Part shown: one piece after another, positions 34,359 through 44,816 of the stretch | Position numbering within the stretch: position 1 is the stretch's first letter | Layout: each line of letters starts with the position of its first letter | Source: a virus | Lineage: Duplodnaviria; Caudoviricetes | Strand: one strand, 5' to 3' | Virus record (IMG/VR): IMGVR_UViG_3300023283_000092 | Location: 1 to 47,189 of that record | DNA length: 47,189 nt | Made by a program: the position numbers and the translations under genes | Notes under the pieces: generated by a model | Seen by the model: only the letters and a program-made list of their open reading frames with translations | Told to the model about the DNA's origin: nothing | The model's database searches: none

Positions 34359-35005
34359 TACCACACCTCTCTAATGTGTCCAACAGTGGCCGTGCGCTGG
34401 TTCCCCACGGCGGTTCTGAAGTCTGATCTCTCCCGGTCCCTCTCGCGCCTGAACTCAGACACGTTCACGCCAGGCCCAGTGCTCGAGTCGCGTGCCCGCT
34501 GCGCCATGTAGAAAGCGATGTCAGCCACGAGAGCCCCCTCAGCCAGGTCGGGCAGCCCCACCTCGGACGCCAGGTTGACGGGCTCGGTTGGGAGCTTCAC
34601 GTATTCCACGACAACCTCTGTGAACCGTGTCTCCCATTGCTTCAAGTTGTGGATCAGGAATATCCTCTGACCGCGTAGAAACCCTGACGGCCACTTCTCG
34701 GGGGACACCCTGTGGGCGCTATCCAGCAGGGAAAAGTTCTCCAGTGCGCCATCCTTGCGAACAGCCCAGCTGTCCACTACGTAGTCAAGGCCCTCGAGCT
34801 CCTCTCCGTCCTCGAAATCGAACAGCGGCAACTCGAACACACACCTCTCTGGCTCGATGGCGTCCGGATTGACCTGCGTGATCTCCGTATGGAGCTTCTT
34901 CGAGGCCCTGTGGATGGCCTTGAGCAGCGGCCTATCCGGCGTCTCCCAGCGGTCGAACGCCGGGTGCATGCCTCTGGCCTGCTCAATGATCTCTCCCACG
35001 GTCAC
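34358..35005 (-). CDS. Head-tail adaptor-like protein
   Basis: MTVGEII..AR N-terminus, EY..P...L......LP pattern. Confidence 0.6.
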   Translation of the reverse strand: MTVGEIIEQARGMHPAFDRWETPDRPLLKAIHRASKKLHTEITQVNPDAIEPERCVFELPLFDFEDGEELEGLDYVVDSWAVRKDGALENFSLLDSAHRVSPEKWPSGFLRGQRIFLIHNLKQWETRFTEVVVEYVKLPTEPVNLASEVGLPDLAEGALVADIAFYMAQRARDSSTGPGVNVSEFRRERDRERSDFRTAVGNQRTATVGHIREVW

Positions 35006-35008
35006 TGG

Positions 35009-35467
35009 CTAGTCCTCGTCCTCGCTGGGTGTGAAGTCTACCACCTCGTCGTCTGTCCGCTCAGGTTCTGTGTTCGTGAACGCGCTGTCTGAGTCCGTAG
35101 ACTCCTTGGCTTTCGCGTTAACGGCCGACTTCGCCTTCTTGAGCTCTGACTTGGCCTTGTTTTCAATTACGGCATCACCAATAAAGATGGCCGCGTGGAT
35201 GATTTCCTCGAGCGCCTCCACGCGTGCGCCCTCCTCTCTTGCCGACTCTGCGGCAAGAAGGTGGCGTGCAATCTTGGGGTTGTTCTCGAGCTTGGCCTTG
35301 ACCGACTCGATAGTCAGGTCTGCGACCTGACTAGCCATCACGTTGACCGGATCTTCGCCCGTCACCAGGGGCCCGAACTTGATCCGTCCGCGCTCGGCCA
35401 TTTCCTTTTCTTCCTCGAATTGGTCGTCTCCAATCACGAAGGGTCCAAAGTAACCCGCCCTAGGCAT
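35009..35467 (-). CDS. Hypothetical protein
   Basis: AGGAGG RBS before ATG 35467. Confidence 0.7.
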   Translation of the reverse strand: MPRAGYFGPFVIGDDQFEEEKEMAERGRIKFGPLVTGEDPVNVMASQVADLTIESVKAKLENNPKIARHLLAAESAREEGARVEALEEIIHAAIFIGDAVIENKAKSELKKAKSAVNAKAKESTDSDSAFTNTEPERTDDEVVDFTPSEDED

Positions 35468-35481
35468 ACCGCCTCCTATTT

Positions 35482-35985
35482 CTAAAGAAAGTGTTTGCGT
35501 CCACGCATGGCGTACGCCCACGCGTCCCTTGCTCTATAGGCCGCCTCATCCGCCAACTCGGCATCCCTTGCCGGGTCGTCGGGGTGCAGCATGGCCGCAT
35601 TGAGGTTCGCCTCAAACTTCTCGTCCCTGTTCTTGCGATACACGAAATCTGCGACACGGAAGTCTTGCACAGCGTATCCGCTGTCAAACTCCCGATAGGT
35701 GTAGGTGTTGATGATGCGAAACCCCTGCAGCGCCGCCTGGGCCAATCTGTATTGACCGGGGCGGCGCTCGTCTAGGGGCTTGGCCGACTCCTGCGCCATA
35801 ATCTTCTTGGCACGCAGACGTCGTTGCATCGTCGAGGGGGACCATGAACCCAGCGCCCACTGACCACCCTCCAGGTACACGATCTCGGCGTGCGGCTCGA
35901 TGTGTCTGACGGCCTCGAGCCAGGCATCCGGCGCCTGTGCATTTCCTGAGACGTGTACGTTGCGATACACGCTAGACAGCGACAA
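35482..35985 (-). CDS. Hypothetical protein
   Basis: Contiguous in head module. Confidence 0.65.
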   Translation of the reverse strand: MSLSSVYRNVHVSGNAQAPDAWLEAVRHIEPHAEIVYLEGGQWALGSWSPSTMQRRLRAKKIMAQESAKPLDERRPGQYRLAQAALQGFRIINTYTYREFDSGYAVQDFRVADFVYRKNRDEKFEANLNAAMLHPDDPARDAELADEAAYRARDAWAYAMRGRKHFL

Positions 35986-36202
35986 GCGTGAGAGTCGTAG
36001 TACCGTCTGACGCCTGGGCGACCTCAGCCTTGTGTGTGGGCTCTTGCGGTGTGGCTACCGTCAACGCATCGCCGATCTGTGTGGCACGGTTGTCGGCTGC
36101 CGTGCCGACAGCTTCTCCCTGAATGGCCACCAGGGCCTGAATCAAGGCCTGGACAAGCGCCTCGCCTTCCAGGTTGGTGCCCAGTGGATGTCTCTCTGCC
36201 AT
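35972..36202 (-). CDS. Small protein after capsid gene
   Basis: AAGGAG RBS. Confidence 0.65.
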   Translation of the reverse strand: MAERHPLGTNLEGEALVQALIQALVAIQGEAVGTAADNRATQIGDALTVATPQEPTHKAEVAQASDGTTTLTLVAV

Positions 36203-36227
36203 CTGCTACTCCTTCTGAAATGTGATG

Positions 36228-36247
36228 TGGGGCCCCGAAGGGCCCCA
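36228..36247 (-). terminator. UUCG hairpin after capsid gene (stabiliser or weak terminator)
   Basis: TGGGGCCC-TTCG-GGGCCCCA, no U tract. Confidence 0.55.
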
Positions 36248-36263
36248 ATCACTCTGCGCTAGC

Positions 36264-37658
36264 CTACGCCTGCGCCAGGTTGCGGATCACGACGTTCTTG
36301 CGCGGGTTGAGGCACGCCGTCTGCAGCCTGATGTAACCAACCGCGAAGAAAGCGTCCTTCATGCCCGTGCCGTCACCGACACGATTCCAGATGGAACCCG
36401 TTCTGTCGTCCCACTTCCAACCGACGTTGTGGAAACGCTTAAAGGTGTCCGGGCTCAACAGGAAGGTGATCTGGGGAGGGAGCTTGCGCGACGCACGAAG
36501 CGTCAAGCTTCTGTCGCCAAGGTGGATTCGAAGCCCCTTGTTGTTCAAGCCGCCATCGAACGTACCACGGGGGTCGTTGATCGAACGGTCAGACTTAAGG
36601 TCCTTCCAATACAGCCTCAACTGGTCACGCGAGCTCAGTACGATGCTAGGCAACCCCGCGCCCTTCTCGAACACCGCGTCGTCCGCAGCAACAAGAATGT
36701 CCTCGACCAAACCGCCGGCGGCGCTCTGAGCGTCATGGACAACCGCCTGCCACTTACGGTACGTGCCACGGTTGATATTCTGGAAGGTCTGCAGGATCGA
36801 GCCGTCGTCCACCATGCCGAGCAGCCCCATGACTTCACGGTCCTCACCACCGGCCGTCTGAGACGAGGCCACGTTGGTGTCACCCATGAAGATGAAGTCG
36901 TCGTCCACGACGCCCGTAGGCAGCGCATCCAGTGTCAGGATGTTGCCATCAGGGTTCACGTCGAGGATCTTTGCCATGCCCGCACGGAGGCCGGAACCAT
37001 CAGCATTCGGTCCGAATCTGACAGTCTCGTTCTCCTGGAACAGCGTCCACGCCTTGGTGTACCCGGCGATACCGAACGCGCTGTCGATGCCAATCGTGGC
37101 ATCGGGTGACGCATCGTTCACGCGGGCAACCACACCGGCGCCGTAGCCCAAAAGCATACGGTCCAGCTCGTTGTTCACAAGCTCCACGAGCAGAGGCATC
37201 GCCCTGCTGGCATAGTTCATGAACGCACCCTCAGCAGACTTCACCGTGTCCATCACGTCGCCAGTCATTTCGAGCACGCCCTGAACCTTTCTCAGGTTAA
37301 TGCGCGAGTTGACGACCGTGGGACCCTGCGGGATGGGGATGTACTCGCCTTCAGCGCGAGATCCGACACCCGCCGGCAGGTGGAACAGCTGGGCAGACTC
37401 GATGTATCTACCACCCGTTGTCTCGTCTACCTTGACGTTGGCGTCCTGCGTGAAGATGTCGAACGTCTCTGTGTCTACCACGAAGCTCTCCGTGATGGAA
37501 TCCTCGAAGATGATCTTCATGGCTTCGTCCATGTCCTGTGTCTGCGTCGTCACTCCGAACAGCGGGAATGCGCCGAGAGCGAAAAGCTCCGGCACACCAG
37601 CAAGAACGAGGAGTGCGCCGACCGCAAGACCAAGGACAACCTTCGTCCACTTGGTCAT
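36264..37658 (-). CDS. Major capsid protein with hydrophobic N-terminal leader
   Basis: Follows scaffold; HK97-like features (GSRAEG..P, MGLLG.VDD, INR...W, C.NPR). Confidence 0.85.
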   Translation of the reverse strand: MTKWTKVVLGLAVGALLVLAGVPELFALGAFPLFGVTTQTQDMDEAMKIIFEDSITESFVVDTETFDIFTQDANVKVDETTGGRYIESAQLFHLPAGVGSRAEGEYIPIPQGPTVVNSRINLRKVQGVLEMTGDVMDTVKSAEGAFMNYASRAMPLLVELVNNELDRMLLGYGAGVVARVNDASPDATIGIDSAFGIAGYTKAWTLFQENETVRFGPNADGSGLRAGMAKILDVNPDGNILTLDALPTGVVDDDFIFMGDTNVASSQTAGGEDREVMGLLGMVDDGSILQTFQNINRGTYRKWQAVVHDAQSAAGGLVEDILVAADDAVFEKGAGLPSIVLSSRDQLRLYWKDLKSDRSINDPRGTFDGGLNNKGLRIHLGDRSLTLRASRKLPPQITFLLSPDTFKRFHNVGWKWDDRTGSIWNRVGDGTGMKDAFFAVGYIRLQTACLNPRKNVVIRNLAQA

Positions 37659-37680
37659 GTTGTTGTTCTCCTTCTAGCGT

Positions 37681-38946
37681 CTACCGGGCGCCAAAGATTC
37701 CCTTCTCTCGTGCCCACTTGAGACGCTCTGAAACGGTCTGTCCTTTCGGCGGCTTAATACCAGTTGACGACTTGGCGCCAGCACCTGCCGGCGCGGCTGC
37801 GACAACCTTCTTCCGCTTCTTGGACTTAGCGGCTACTTTCTCCTGCCCCTCCTTGGCGTCTTCCAGGGTGGCGGTCTTCGACCGGGACCCCTTCTTCGCG
37901 TCTGAGGCTCCGTCCTCGCTCTCGTCCCCGGCTGCGTCCTCGGCCTTGTCTAGACCGTAGCGACGGAGGCGGTCCCTGAGCAGTTCTGGAACGGCTTGCT
38001 CTGTAACCTGGTCAGCACCATGCTTGTTGGCGACATATTCCAGGTACTGCATCGAATCCCTGAAGAATGCGTCGGCGTCTTCCTCCGGGGCATTCCCAGG
38101 AATCAGCTGGTTGACGGCCTGAATGACTCTGGCCGCCTGAGCTTCTGCGGCACGAATCTCGGACTGCCGCTGGTAAAGCTCCTGTTGTCTCTCAAGGCGT
38201 AAAGCCTTCGCTTCAGCCTGCGCTTTTTGGAACGTGGCCGGGTTCGTATCGAAATCTAGCAGTTCTTCTGAAACCTTCTCGCGTAGCTCGGGCTCGTTCA
38301 GCAACACCTCGCGAACGAGCGCCTCCTTGGTCTGAGGGTTCGCGTTGTCGATGAACAGCCCCACGGGGTCCGTCTGAACACGGGTAACGAATTCCTCGAC
38401 CTCAACTTGCTGCTCTCTCAATGAACCAAGCTGCCTATTGTACTCCTCGCGTCTTAGCCCGTTGTTTTTGAGCATCCGAACGATCTGCTCATCTTCCGGG
38501 TGAACGCGAACCCTGGAGGTTTCGCCCTCGCGTCGGCCAGGTGTTTCCACTTCGACAAACTCAAGCTTGGAAACATCCCCTACGTCATCTTCTTCAACAT
38601 CTGACTCTTCGCCCTCCTCAGCTTCAACCTCAGCCTCGGATTCCTCTCCACCTTCCCCAACTTCCGCTCCATCGTCCTCACCCTCCGCTCCAGCCTCAGC
38701 ACCCTCCCCTTCATCCGACACAACTTCTCCAGACTCATCATCGTCTGTAATTGTACCTTCGGTGCCCTCGTCTGTTGCGTCGGGGTCCTCGACATCTGGT
38801 TCCTCCCTGGCCCCCGTGAACTCCAAGCCATTCTCGCTCATTTCACGAATAGCCTTGGCGATCGGAGACTCTTGAACCTGCTGGTTCGGACGGGACTCGG
38901 TGGCGGCATCATTGCCGTCAAGCGAGTCGGTCTTTACCTCAGCCAT
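37681..38946 (-). CDS. Scaffolding protein
   Basis: Acidic N-terminus, coiled coil, between portal and capsid. Confidence 0.75.
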   Translation of the reverse strand: MAEVKTDSLDGNDAATESRPNQQVQESPIAKAIREMSENGLEFTGAREEPDVEDPDATDEGTEGTITDDDESGEVVSDEGEGAEAGAEGEDDGAEVGEGGEESEAEVEAEEGEESDVEEDDVGDVSKLEFVEVETPGRREGETSRVRVHPEDEQIVRMLKNNGLRREEYNRQLGSLREQQVEVEEFVTRVQTDPVGLFIDNANPQTKEALVREVLLNEPELREKVSEELLDFDTNPATFQKAQAEAKALRLERQQELYQRQSEIRAAEAQAARVIQAVNQLIPGNAPEEDADAFFRDSMQYLEYVANKHGADQVTEQAVPELLRDRLRRYGLDKAEDAAGDESEDGASDAKKGSRSKTATLEDAKEGQEKVAAKSKKRKKVVAAAPAGAGAKSSTGIKPPKGQTVSERLKWAREKGIFGAR

Positions 38947-38990
38947 TATTTTTCTCCCTTATCGTGGTTGGTTGTGTCACCTCTCACTGA

Positions 38991-41321
38991 TTACTGAAAC
39001 TCGGGGGGTGGTCCCTGTCCGGCCGTGACTGGCCCCACGGCCCCACCCGGACCACCAGGGCCCCGAATGGGTTGTCCGTCCGTCCCGATCGGCTGTTCGC
39101 CAGCCACAGCCTGTAGCTCAGGCAGCCCGGACTGTTGCGCGGCCTCCAGTTGTGTAACTTGTGCCCGTGTCTGGGCGCCCGCCTGCTCGGCCGCGATATC
39201 CAACAGCTGCGCCTGGCGGGCCTGTGTCAGCTTCTCGTAGAAGATGACGAACTCGTTGCGTACCTCTTGGTCGAACTCCAACCACTCCCGCCCAGTCATG
39301 AAGTGCGCAAACTCCTCGATCCACACCTGATAGTCGTACCACGGGAACAGGTCCCACTGGTCGGCCTGATCACCCTGGGCAAGCCTGCCCATGATAAAGC
39401 GGGCGGTCTCCGAGTTCTGACCACCCGTCATGAACGCGGCATCCAGGTGGGGGAAGTTGGCATTCTGGGCAAACTTGCGCTTTGCGGCTGGGTCCTCCGG
39501 ATTACCGAACAGCCCCATTGTGAACAGGCGCTCCATACGTTCCTGTCGTTCGAAACGGCTCTCGGGCAGCATGGACTCGAGGTCCGGCTTCACATGAACC
39601 TGACCCTCGAACATTTCCGGTGTTACTGTGAGTGTTCGCAACACGTTGTCCTGGCCGACCCAATGGATGATCTTCTCTTGGTCCCAGAGCACCGACAACG
39701 ACGCGATCACGGACTCCCACAGGCGGCCAGACTCCTCAGCTGCTTGACGCAAGGGGGCGCCAAGGTAACGGTCGGAGTTGAAGCGAAGCTCGCGAATGAG
39801 GGCGCCCGAGTTGTCGTCGGGTTGAGGGATTCTACCTGTTGCCCCGGCGATGTTACCGAGATCCTCGATCTCCCTGGCCAGGAGCGTGAGGATTCTATAT
39901 GGGTCCTCTGACAGTCTAGGCGGACTCGTGTACTCGAGAGCGGGCACACCGGGCCTGCGCGTCACCTTGAGGACCTGGCCGGGCTCGTTCGTGATCTGCC
40001 CGTCCCTGATACCAGACGTTGAGTCCACGATCGCGATAGGGTTGGTCACCAGGTTGTTATGCTCGAGTATCTGGGCCCACACACGGTTGTAAAGTCTCTG
40101 TAGTGGGTTCAGGAACTCGAGCGGGCTGGTGCCGTGCGGCCTACCCGGTGTGACCATGAAGTCGAACGCATGGATCGGGCTGGTGTAGGGGAATGGCGCG
40201 GGGCGAGTATCGTCGAACAACACCTCGCCCTGCTCGACGGCGACAATCAGCAACCTGCCGCCTGGGTCGTCATCGGTGCGGGCCGGCGTATTATGAGCAC
40301 CAGGGCGAACCCATAGCTCCCTGATCCTCAGCAAGCCCTCGGGGGCACCGTGGGGGTGGCCGAAGATCTCGGCGCCGCCACGTTGCGTGTCCGCCGATCC
40401 GAAGAACCCGGACCCGCGCAACATGCGTTCCATTTCCCCTACTGACTGCGTGTCAATTCCCGCATCAGCCTCGAGCTTGACGCCCCAGAGCTCCTCAACC
40501 TGCTGTGGTGTGAGGAAGGTCTCGTGGCAGTGCCATGACTTACGGTGCCACGGTGTGCCATGGCCCCATTCGCCCCGGCACTCGAGCGGCCCCAGCACAT
40601 CCATCGCCAGCCCGCCTTCGTGCTCTTTCCACGCCTCACCCGTGATTTCCACCTCACCCGTCTCCGGGTTCATGCTGACCTGGGGCCGCATCTGGCCCTG
40701 CTCATCAGGCGCGAACGGGACATCAGCCAACTGCCCCGTCTCCGGGTCAATCAGTGGGCGCTCCTCACCGGTGGTCGGGTCAACCAGCGCGGCAGGGCCA
40801 AAGTACTCATCCACGTCACCCTTCGACGGGTCCACGCGGAGCTTGATATAAGCCCTGCCGCCGGTGTACTCCCAGGCGAACATGTTATTGAACACGTCCA
40901 CCATGCCAAGCTCGTCCCATAGCGACTTCGACAGGATGTCCATGGTCGCCGCGAGGTCGATCGAGGTCTTGTCGCTGTTGGCCGGCTGAAACCCGATCAC
41001 CGGGGGGTTCTCGGTCATACGCGCGTGGTTGAGCACGTATGTGTAGAACAGGCGGTTAACCACGGGTCGCTGCGCGAACCGTTTGCCTGCCTTGCTCAGA
41101 TGTTCGTTGATATCGACGAAGCGATGTGTGCGCGGATGCCAGACCGACCACTGCTTGCCAACCAGCATCCGAACATTCTCTTCGACCTGTCGATCGCGCT
41201 CATGTAGTGCAGAGTCCTGAGACGACCACAGGTCGTCTACGTATTGCACCCGCCCGGAGTCCTGCTCATCCGGCTGGTTGTCCTGCCGAATGGGCGGAAA
41301 CTCACGAATCTCTCTCGGCAT
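38991..41321 (-). CDS. Portal protein
   Basis: 776 aa; G.QW, VVN, GTS...L..LQ..YN, EPG, SG.L motifs of P22-like portals. Confidence 0.88.
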   Translation of the reverse strand: MPREIREFPPIRQDNQPDEQDSGRVQYVDDLWSSQDSALHERDRQVEENVRMLVGKQWSVWHPRTHRFVDINEHLSKAGKRFAQRPVVNRLFYTYVLNHARMTENPPVIGFQPANSDKTSIDLAATMDILSKSLWDELGMVDVFNNMFAWEYTGGRAYIKLRVDPSKGDVDEYFGPAALVDPTTGEERPLIDPETGQLADVPFAPDEQGQMRPQVSMNPETGEVEITGEAWKEHEGGLAMDVLGPLECRGEWGHGTPWHRKSWHCHETFLTPQQVEELWGVKLEADAGIDTQSVGEMERMLRGSGFFGSADTQRGGAEIFGHPHGAPEGLLRIRELWVRPGAHNTPARTDDDPGGRLLIVAVEQGEVLFDDTRPAPFPYTSPIHAFDFMVTPGRPHGTSPLEFLNPLQRLYNRVWAQILEHNNLVTNPIAIVDSTSGIRDGQITNEPGQVLKVTRRPGVPALEYTSPPRLSEDPYRILTLLAREIEDLGNIAGATGRIPQPDDNSGALIRELRFNSDRYLGAPLRQAAEESGRLWESVIASLSVLWDQEKIIHWVGQDNVLRTLTVTPEMFEGQVHVKPDLESMLPESRFERQERMERLFTMGLFGNPEDPAAKRKFAQNANFPHLDAAFMTGGQNSETARFIMGRLAQGDQADQWDLFPWYDYQVWIEEFAHFMTGREWLEFDQEVRNEFVIFYEKLTQARQAQLLDIAAEQAGAQTRAQVTQLEAAQQSGLPELQAVAGEQPIGTDGQPIRGPGGPGGAVGPVTAGQGPPPEFQ

Positions 41322-41375
41322 GTATTAACCCTTTTGATGGATGCAGACGTGCCCATGGAAGGTACGAGAACGTAC

Positions 41376-41404
41376 AATCTAACAAGATTCGGCCTAAGTT
41401 GCAA
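41376..41404 (-). promoter_or_regulatory. Promoter upstream of portal
   Basis: TTGCAA-N17-TAGATT with extended TG. Confidence 0.6.
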
Positions 41405-41509
41405 GGCGTATGCCAGAGCGGGCGCGGCAGGCTGAGCCCGCTACCGGGGAGGCGCCGGTCGATCTCGCGCCCGTCTGGCTGGGGCCTCACTCGAGCACTC
41501 GCGAGAGGC

Positions 41510-41728
41510 TTAGATCACAACAATGGTCCAGGTTCCGCCCTCTGTCTCTGCCTCCCACTTATCATCTTCGACCTGCAGAAACCTTGGCATGAAGGTGTAT
41601 TCGTCCTCGAAACCCACCATGAAATTGAGTCCATTGACTTCGTGGACGAACTGTTCAGCGGCTTCAAAGGTGTCATAATGTCCCGTAACCTCACCGTCGA
41701 ACATTAGAATGAAGCTTTCACCGTTCAT
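41510..41728 (-). CDS. Hypothetical protein
   Basis: ATGA overlap. Confidence 0.6.
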   Translation of the reverse strand: MNGESFILMFDGEVTGHYDTFEAAEQFVHEVNGLNFMVGFEDEYTFMPRFLQVEDDKWEAETEGGTWTIVVI

Positions 41729-42090
41729 ACTGACGCCTTCCCGTCGAGCCCTGCCGCAAGAATAGCCCGGGCCTCTTCAAGTGCCTCGTCGGCTTCCATT
41801 GGTTGACCCTGCTGAGCTGCGATGGCTTGCAGGTCCTCGGTGATGATGGGCAGGAGTTCCTCTTCGAGCTCGGTGTCACGAGTATGCAGTTGGTCCACTG
41901 TGGTTTCACCAACCTCCGCCGGCGTTGTGCCCACAGGACTATGAGGGGACGGCATCGTGTCCCTGCCTGCCTGAAATATCTCCGCAAGCTCTACGGGACC
42001 GAGGCGACGAGACGATAAGTACATCCCCCACCCCAGACCTGCGGCCAATGCGAGCATGGCCAAGGCGACCACAAGAACCGTCATGGCCAT
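41725..42090 (-). CDS. Membrane-anchored acidic protein
   Basis: N-terminal TM. Confidence 0.65.
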   Translation of the reverse strand: MAMTVLVVALAMLALAAGLGWGMYLSSRRLGPVELAEIFQAGRDTMPSPHSPVGTTPAEVGETTVDQLHTRDTELEEELLPIITEDLQAIAAQQGQPMEADEALEEARAILAAGLDGKASV

Positions 42091-42365
42091 GCCCTCACGC
42101 CCTCGTACAGCAGAGCCACGCCCAGCCTGACCTTAACCACGGGCCACGAGTTCCACACGGCACGCAGGGCTCTACGATACCACTTGTTATATCTCACGGC
42201 CTCCTTGTAGGCCTCGAGATAGTACGGCAGCCTCGTGAGCGCCCAGGCGTGCAGCCTGTCGGGGGTGATGATCCCTTCGCGGTAGTCGTGCTTGATCGGG
42301 CCCGGCTTCGTCTTGGCCGGCAGGCTGCCCGGGTCTTGGGGCTTCGCCAGTCGATTACGTGACAC
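42081..42365 (-). CDS. Hypothetical protein
   Basis: GTG start with GGAGGT RBS. Confidence 0.6.
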   Translation of the reverse strand: MSRNRLAKPQDPGSLPAKTKPGPIKHDYREGIITPDRLHAWALTRLPYYLEAYKEAVRYNKWYRRALRAVWNSWPVVKVRLGVALLYEGVRAWP

Positions 42366-42607
42366 TAGGTCACCTCCGGCACGACGCCATCGTCCTCATG
42401 CGCTAGTTCCGAGTTGCCATGACTGGACAAGCGCCCCGCCAGCGCAGCCTCAAGCAGGGTCATGTAGTCAGTAGATGCGGCAGCATAACTGGTTTCCTCC
42501 GCAGCATGCCCGAATACCTCTCGCACATTGCTGGTGAACTCGTTCAATTGCGTCCGTGCCGCCATCGCCATGCTGAGCAACTGTCTCACCTGATCCTTTT
42601 CCGCCAT
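42365..42607 (-). CDS. Hypothetical protein
   Basis: GAGGAGG RBS before ATG 42607. Confidence 0.65.
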   Translation of the reverse strand: MAEKDQVRQLLSMAMAARTQLNEFTSNVREVFGHAAEETSYAAASTDYMTLLEAALAGRLSSHGNSELAHEDDGVVPEVT

Positions 42608-42669
42608 GTCCCCTCCTCGTTGAGTGTGAGGCGACAAAGTACTACATCGTACCAACTCATGCAACCCCG

Positions 42670-44148
42670 CTAGAAAAAGGCTCCGAACTCGGGGTGTGTC
42701 GGCCTGTCATCTTCATCCCCAACCACGGGCAAGCCGCGCTGCGACTTCTCGTAGTAGTTGTAGAGGGCCTCTTCTGAGAAGGCCCGTAGGGGCTGCTCGT
42801 CCTTCTCTTCCGGCGTCAACGGTCGGCTGGCCAGGGCGTAGCGGGTCTCATCGAACATGTCGTCGCCGCCGGCTCCGCTCTCGTCGGCGTTCAGCTTAGC
42901 TGGCCGCTCCGGATGCCTTTCATCGCGTGGCAGGGTCGCGCACTGGTCGTAACACTCACGGTTCCCGCTGGTGTTAAACCACTGGAAGCGTGGGCGCCAG
43001 CGGTTGCCGGCGCCGTCTTGCCACTGCACATACGCACGGAAGTTGTTGAGGCCCTGGATTCTGCTCTGGTTGGCACGGCGGAGTATCCACCCGGCGTTGC
43101 CAAGGTGTTCAGCAATTGTGGGCGCGTTTTCCTCACGGGCGCTATGCTGGGCAAAGGTTTCGGTGTCGGCCACAATGTAGTCGAGGGTGGACACCCTGAT
43201 GTTCCAATGGTGCTTGAAGTGTTCCTCGACCTCGCGCACGATGTCGCGCGGCTGCATCTGCCGCCCGGTTACCGTGTCCACCTTCACCACATACCCGTCC
43301 ACATTGGCCGCGTACACACCGAAGCTGAACGGGTGGTGGTAGCCCCAATCGAAGCTGCCGAACAGGCGCCAACGGCCGTCCGTCAGGCTAAACGGGTCAA
43401 TCAGGTGGATGGACTCCTCGAGCTCATCCAGGGCAAGGCCGCTGCCGGCCTCCCAGTTCCCGTACAGCAGCTGCTCTCGCTCGAGTTCGGGCAAGAGTAG
43501 CAGCTTCTTCACATACATAGGGTCGTTGTCCACGAGGTGAGGGTTGTCCGTGGCGAACGATTGCACAAACGCCCGTGTCATACCCGTTTCCTGGTCGGTA
43601 TATATGTACCCGTCAGGGTGGCACTTGCTGATGAACCGCTTCTTCACCCAGGGGTGGCCGGGGCCACCAGGGTTGCCGGTCGCACGCATGATGGGCTCGA
43701 TCCCGGGGTCGATGCAACGGTTCCAAGCCATCAGTTTCAGCCACCAACGCTCCTCTGGGATCTGGCCGAGCTCATCCCACCCGATAAACGCGAACTGACG
43801 TCCCTGGTAACGCATGATGTCGTTGTAGTTGTCGCAGTATCCGAACTCGATGTAGCTCTTGCTGGGGAACTTCCAACGTTTTTCTTCGGCGTGGAACTTG
43901 GCCCCAAGGTGAGGATAGATTTCGTGGGCCCGGTCCATGATCTCCTTGAGGTGGGGGAACTCTCGTCGCAGGATCAGAGCAGCATACTTCCGCCTGTCCA
44001 CATAGCGTGTGGCCGCCATGAGTAGGGCGTCAGACTTGCCTCCGCCAGCCGCGCCACCAAAGAAAGCCTCGTATGCGGGATTGGCCAACCACAGCGCCTG
44101 ACGCCCTGTGGGTTCCCACAACACCTTCTGGTCCTGTTTCTGTATCAT
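42670..44148 (-). CDS. terL: Terminase large subunit
   Basis: GGAAGGGKS Walker A, IGWDE Walker B, TGNPGG, FDWG nuclease, DDMFDETRY. Confidence 0.96.
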   Translation of the reverse strand: MIQKQDQKVLWEPTGRQALWLANPAYEAFFGGAAGGGKSDALLMAATRYVDRRKYAALILRREFPHLKEIMDRAHEIYPHLGAKFHAEEKRWKFPSKSYIEFGYCDNYNDIMRYQGRQFAFIGWDELGQIPEERWWLKLMAWNRCIDPGIEPIMRATGNPGGPGHPWVKKRFISKCHPDGYIYTDQETGMTRAFVQSFATDNPHLVDNDPMYVKKLLLLPELEREQLLYGNWEAGSGLALDELEESIHLIDPFSLTDGRWRLFGSFDWGYHHPFSFGVYAANVDGYVVKVDTVTGRQMQPRDIVREVEEHFKHHWNIRVSTLDYIVADTETFAQHSAREENAPTIAEHLGNAGWILRRANQSRIQGLNNFRAYVQWQDGAGNRWRPRFQWFNTSGNRECYDQCATLPRDERHPERPAKLNADESGAGGDDMFDETRYALASRPLTPEEKDEQPLRAFSEEALYNYYEKSQRGLPVVGDEDDRPTHPEFGAFF

Positions 44149-44153
44149 ATATA

Positions 44154-44372
44154 CTATCTACCCGTATGCATGAAGTCTGGGGTCCCCACGCATGGATCGC
44201 CCACAAGGATGTCCTCGTCCGCGAACTCACCACCTCGCTGGATCAACAACCCCCGAGGCATATCGCTACTCATCTTCACGTAGTACTGGATTGTCGTATC
44301 GAGCAAGGCGGGCTCCCCGAACAGGACCCGGGCGGTGTCGGGGTGACACAGGATCAACATGACTTGTTCCAT
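44154..44372 (-). CDS. Hypothetical protein
   Basis: AGGAG RBS before ATG 44372. Confidence 0.45.
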   Translation of the reverse strand: MEQVMLILCHPDTARVLFGEPALLDTTIQYYVKMSSDMPRGLLIQRGGEFADEDILVGDPCVGTPDFMHTGR

Positions 44373-44519
44373 CGGCCGAGCTCCTGTTGGAGGGGGTCCG
44401 GCCCGACGCCACAATGTGCCCCTGACGAGCAGAAACGGCCCTCTGAGGCGAAATTATCTCTTGTGAGGGGTAGGGGTAGGGTGTGGCGTTTTGAGGCCAT
44501 TAAAACGTCTTAGAATGGC

Positions 44520-44816
44520 TTATTTTGAGTCTCTGAAAGGACAAAGCCTGCGGAAACACATGCCACCAAAACACTTACAGCCGTCTGGGCGGTCCGGCCG
44601 GTTCGACCTCTCGCTGGCGCTCGAGCGTTTCCTACCCTCGCTACCCTGTGGGCTACCTGGGCGCGAATGTTCAACCACCAACATGTGGCCGATGGGTACC
44701 GAGGGCCGGCCTGGACGGGGGTCGGCCTTCTCGAGTACTGCGATGGCTGCGGCAACGGCCTCGTTGTGGGCGCGAATGATGGCCGCGCCTCGAGAGCTCA
44801 CGCGCCGTTTAGTCAT
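44520..44816 (-). CDS. Hypothetical basic protein
   Basis: ATG overlapping end of terminase small subunit gene. Confidence 0.35.
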   Translation of the reverse strand: MTKRRVSSRGAAIIRAHNEAVAAAIAVLEKADPRPGRPSVPIGHMLVVEHSRPGSPQGSEGRKRSSASERSNRPDRPDGCKCFGGMCFRRLCPFRDSK

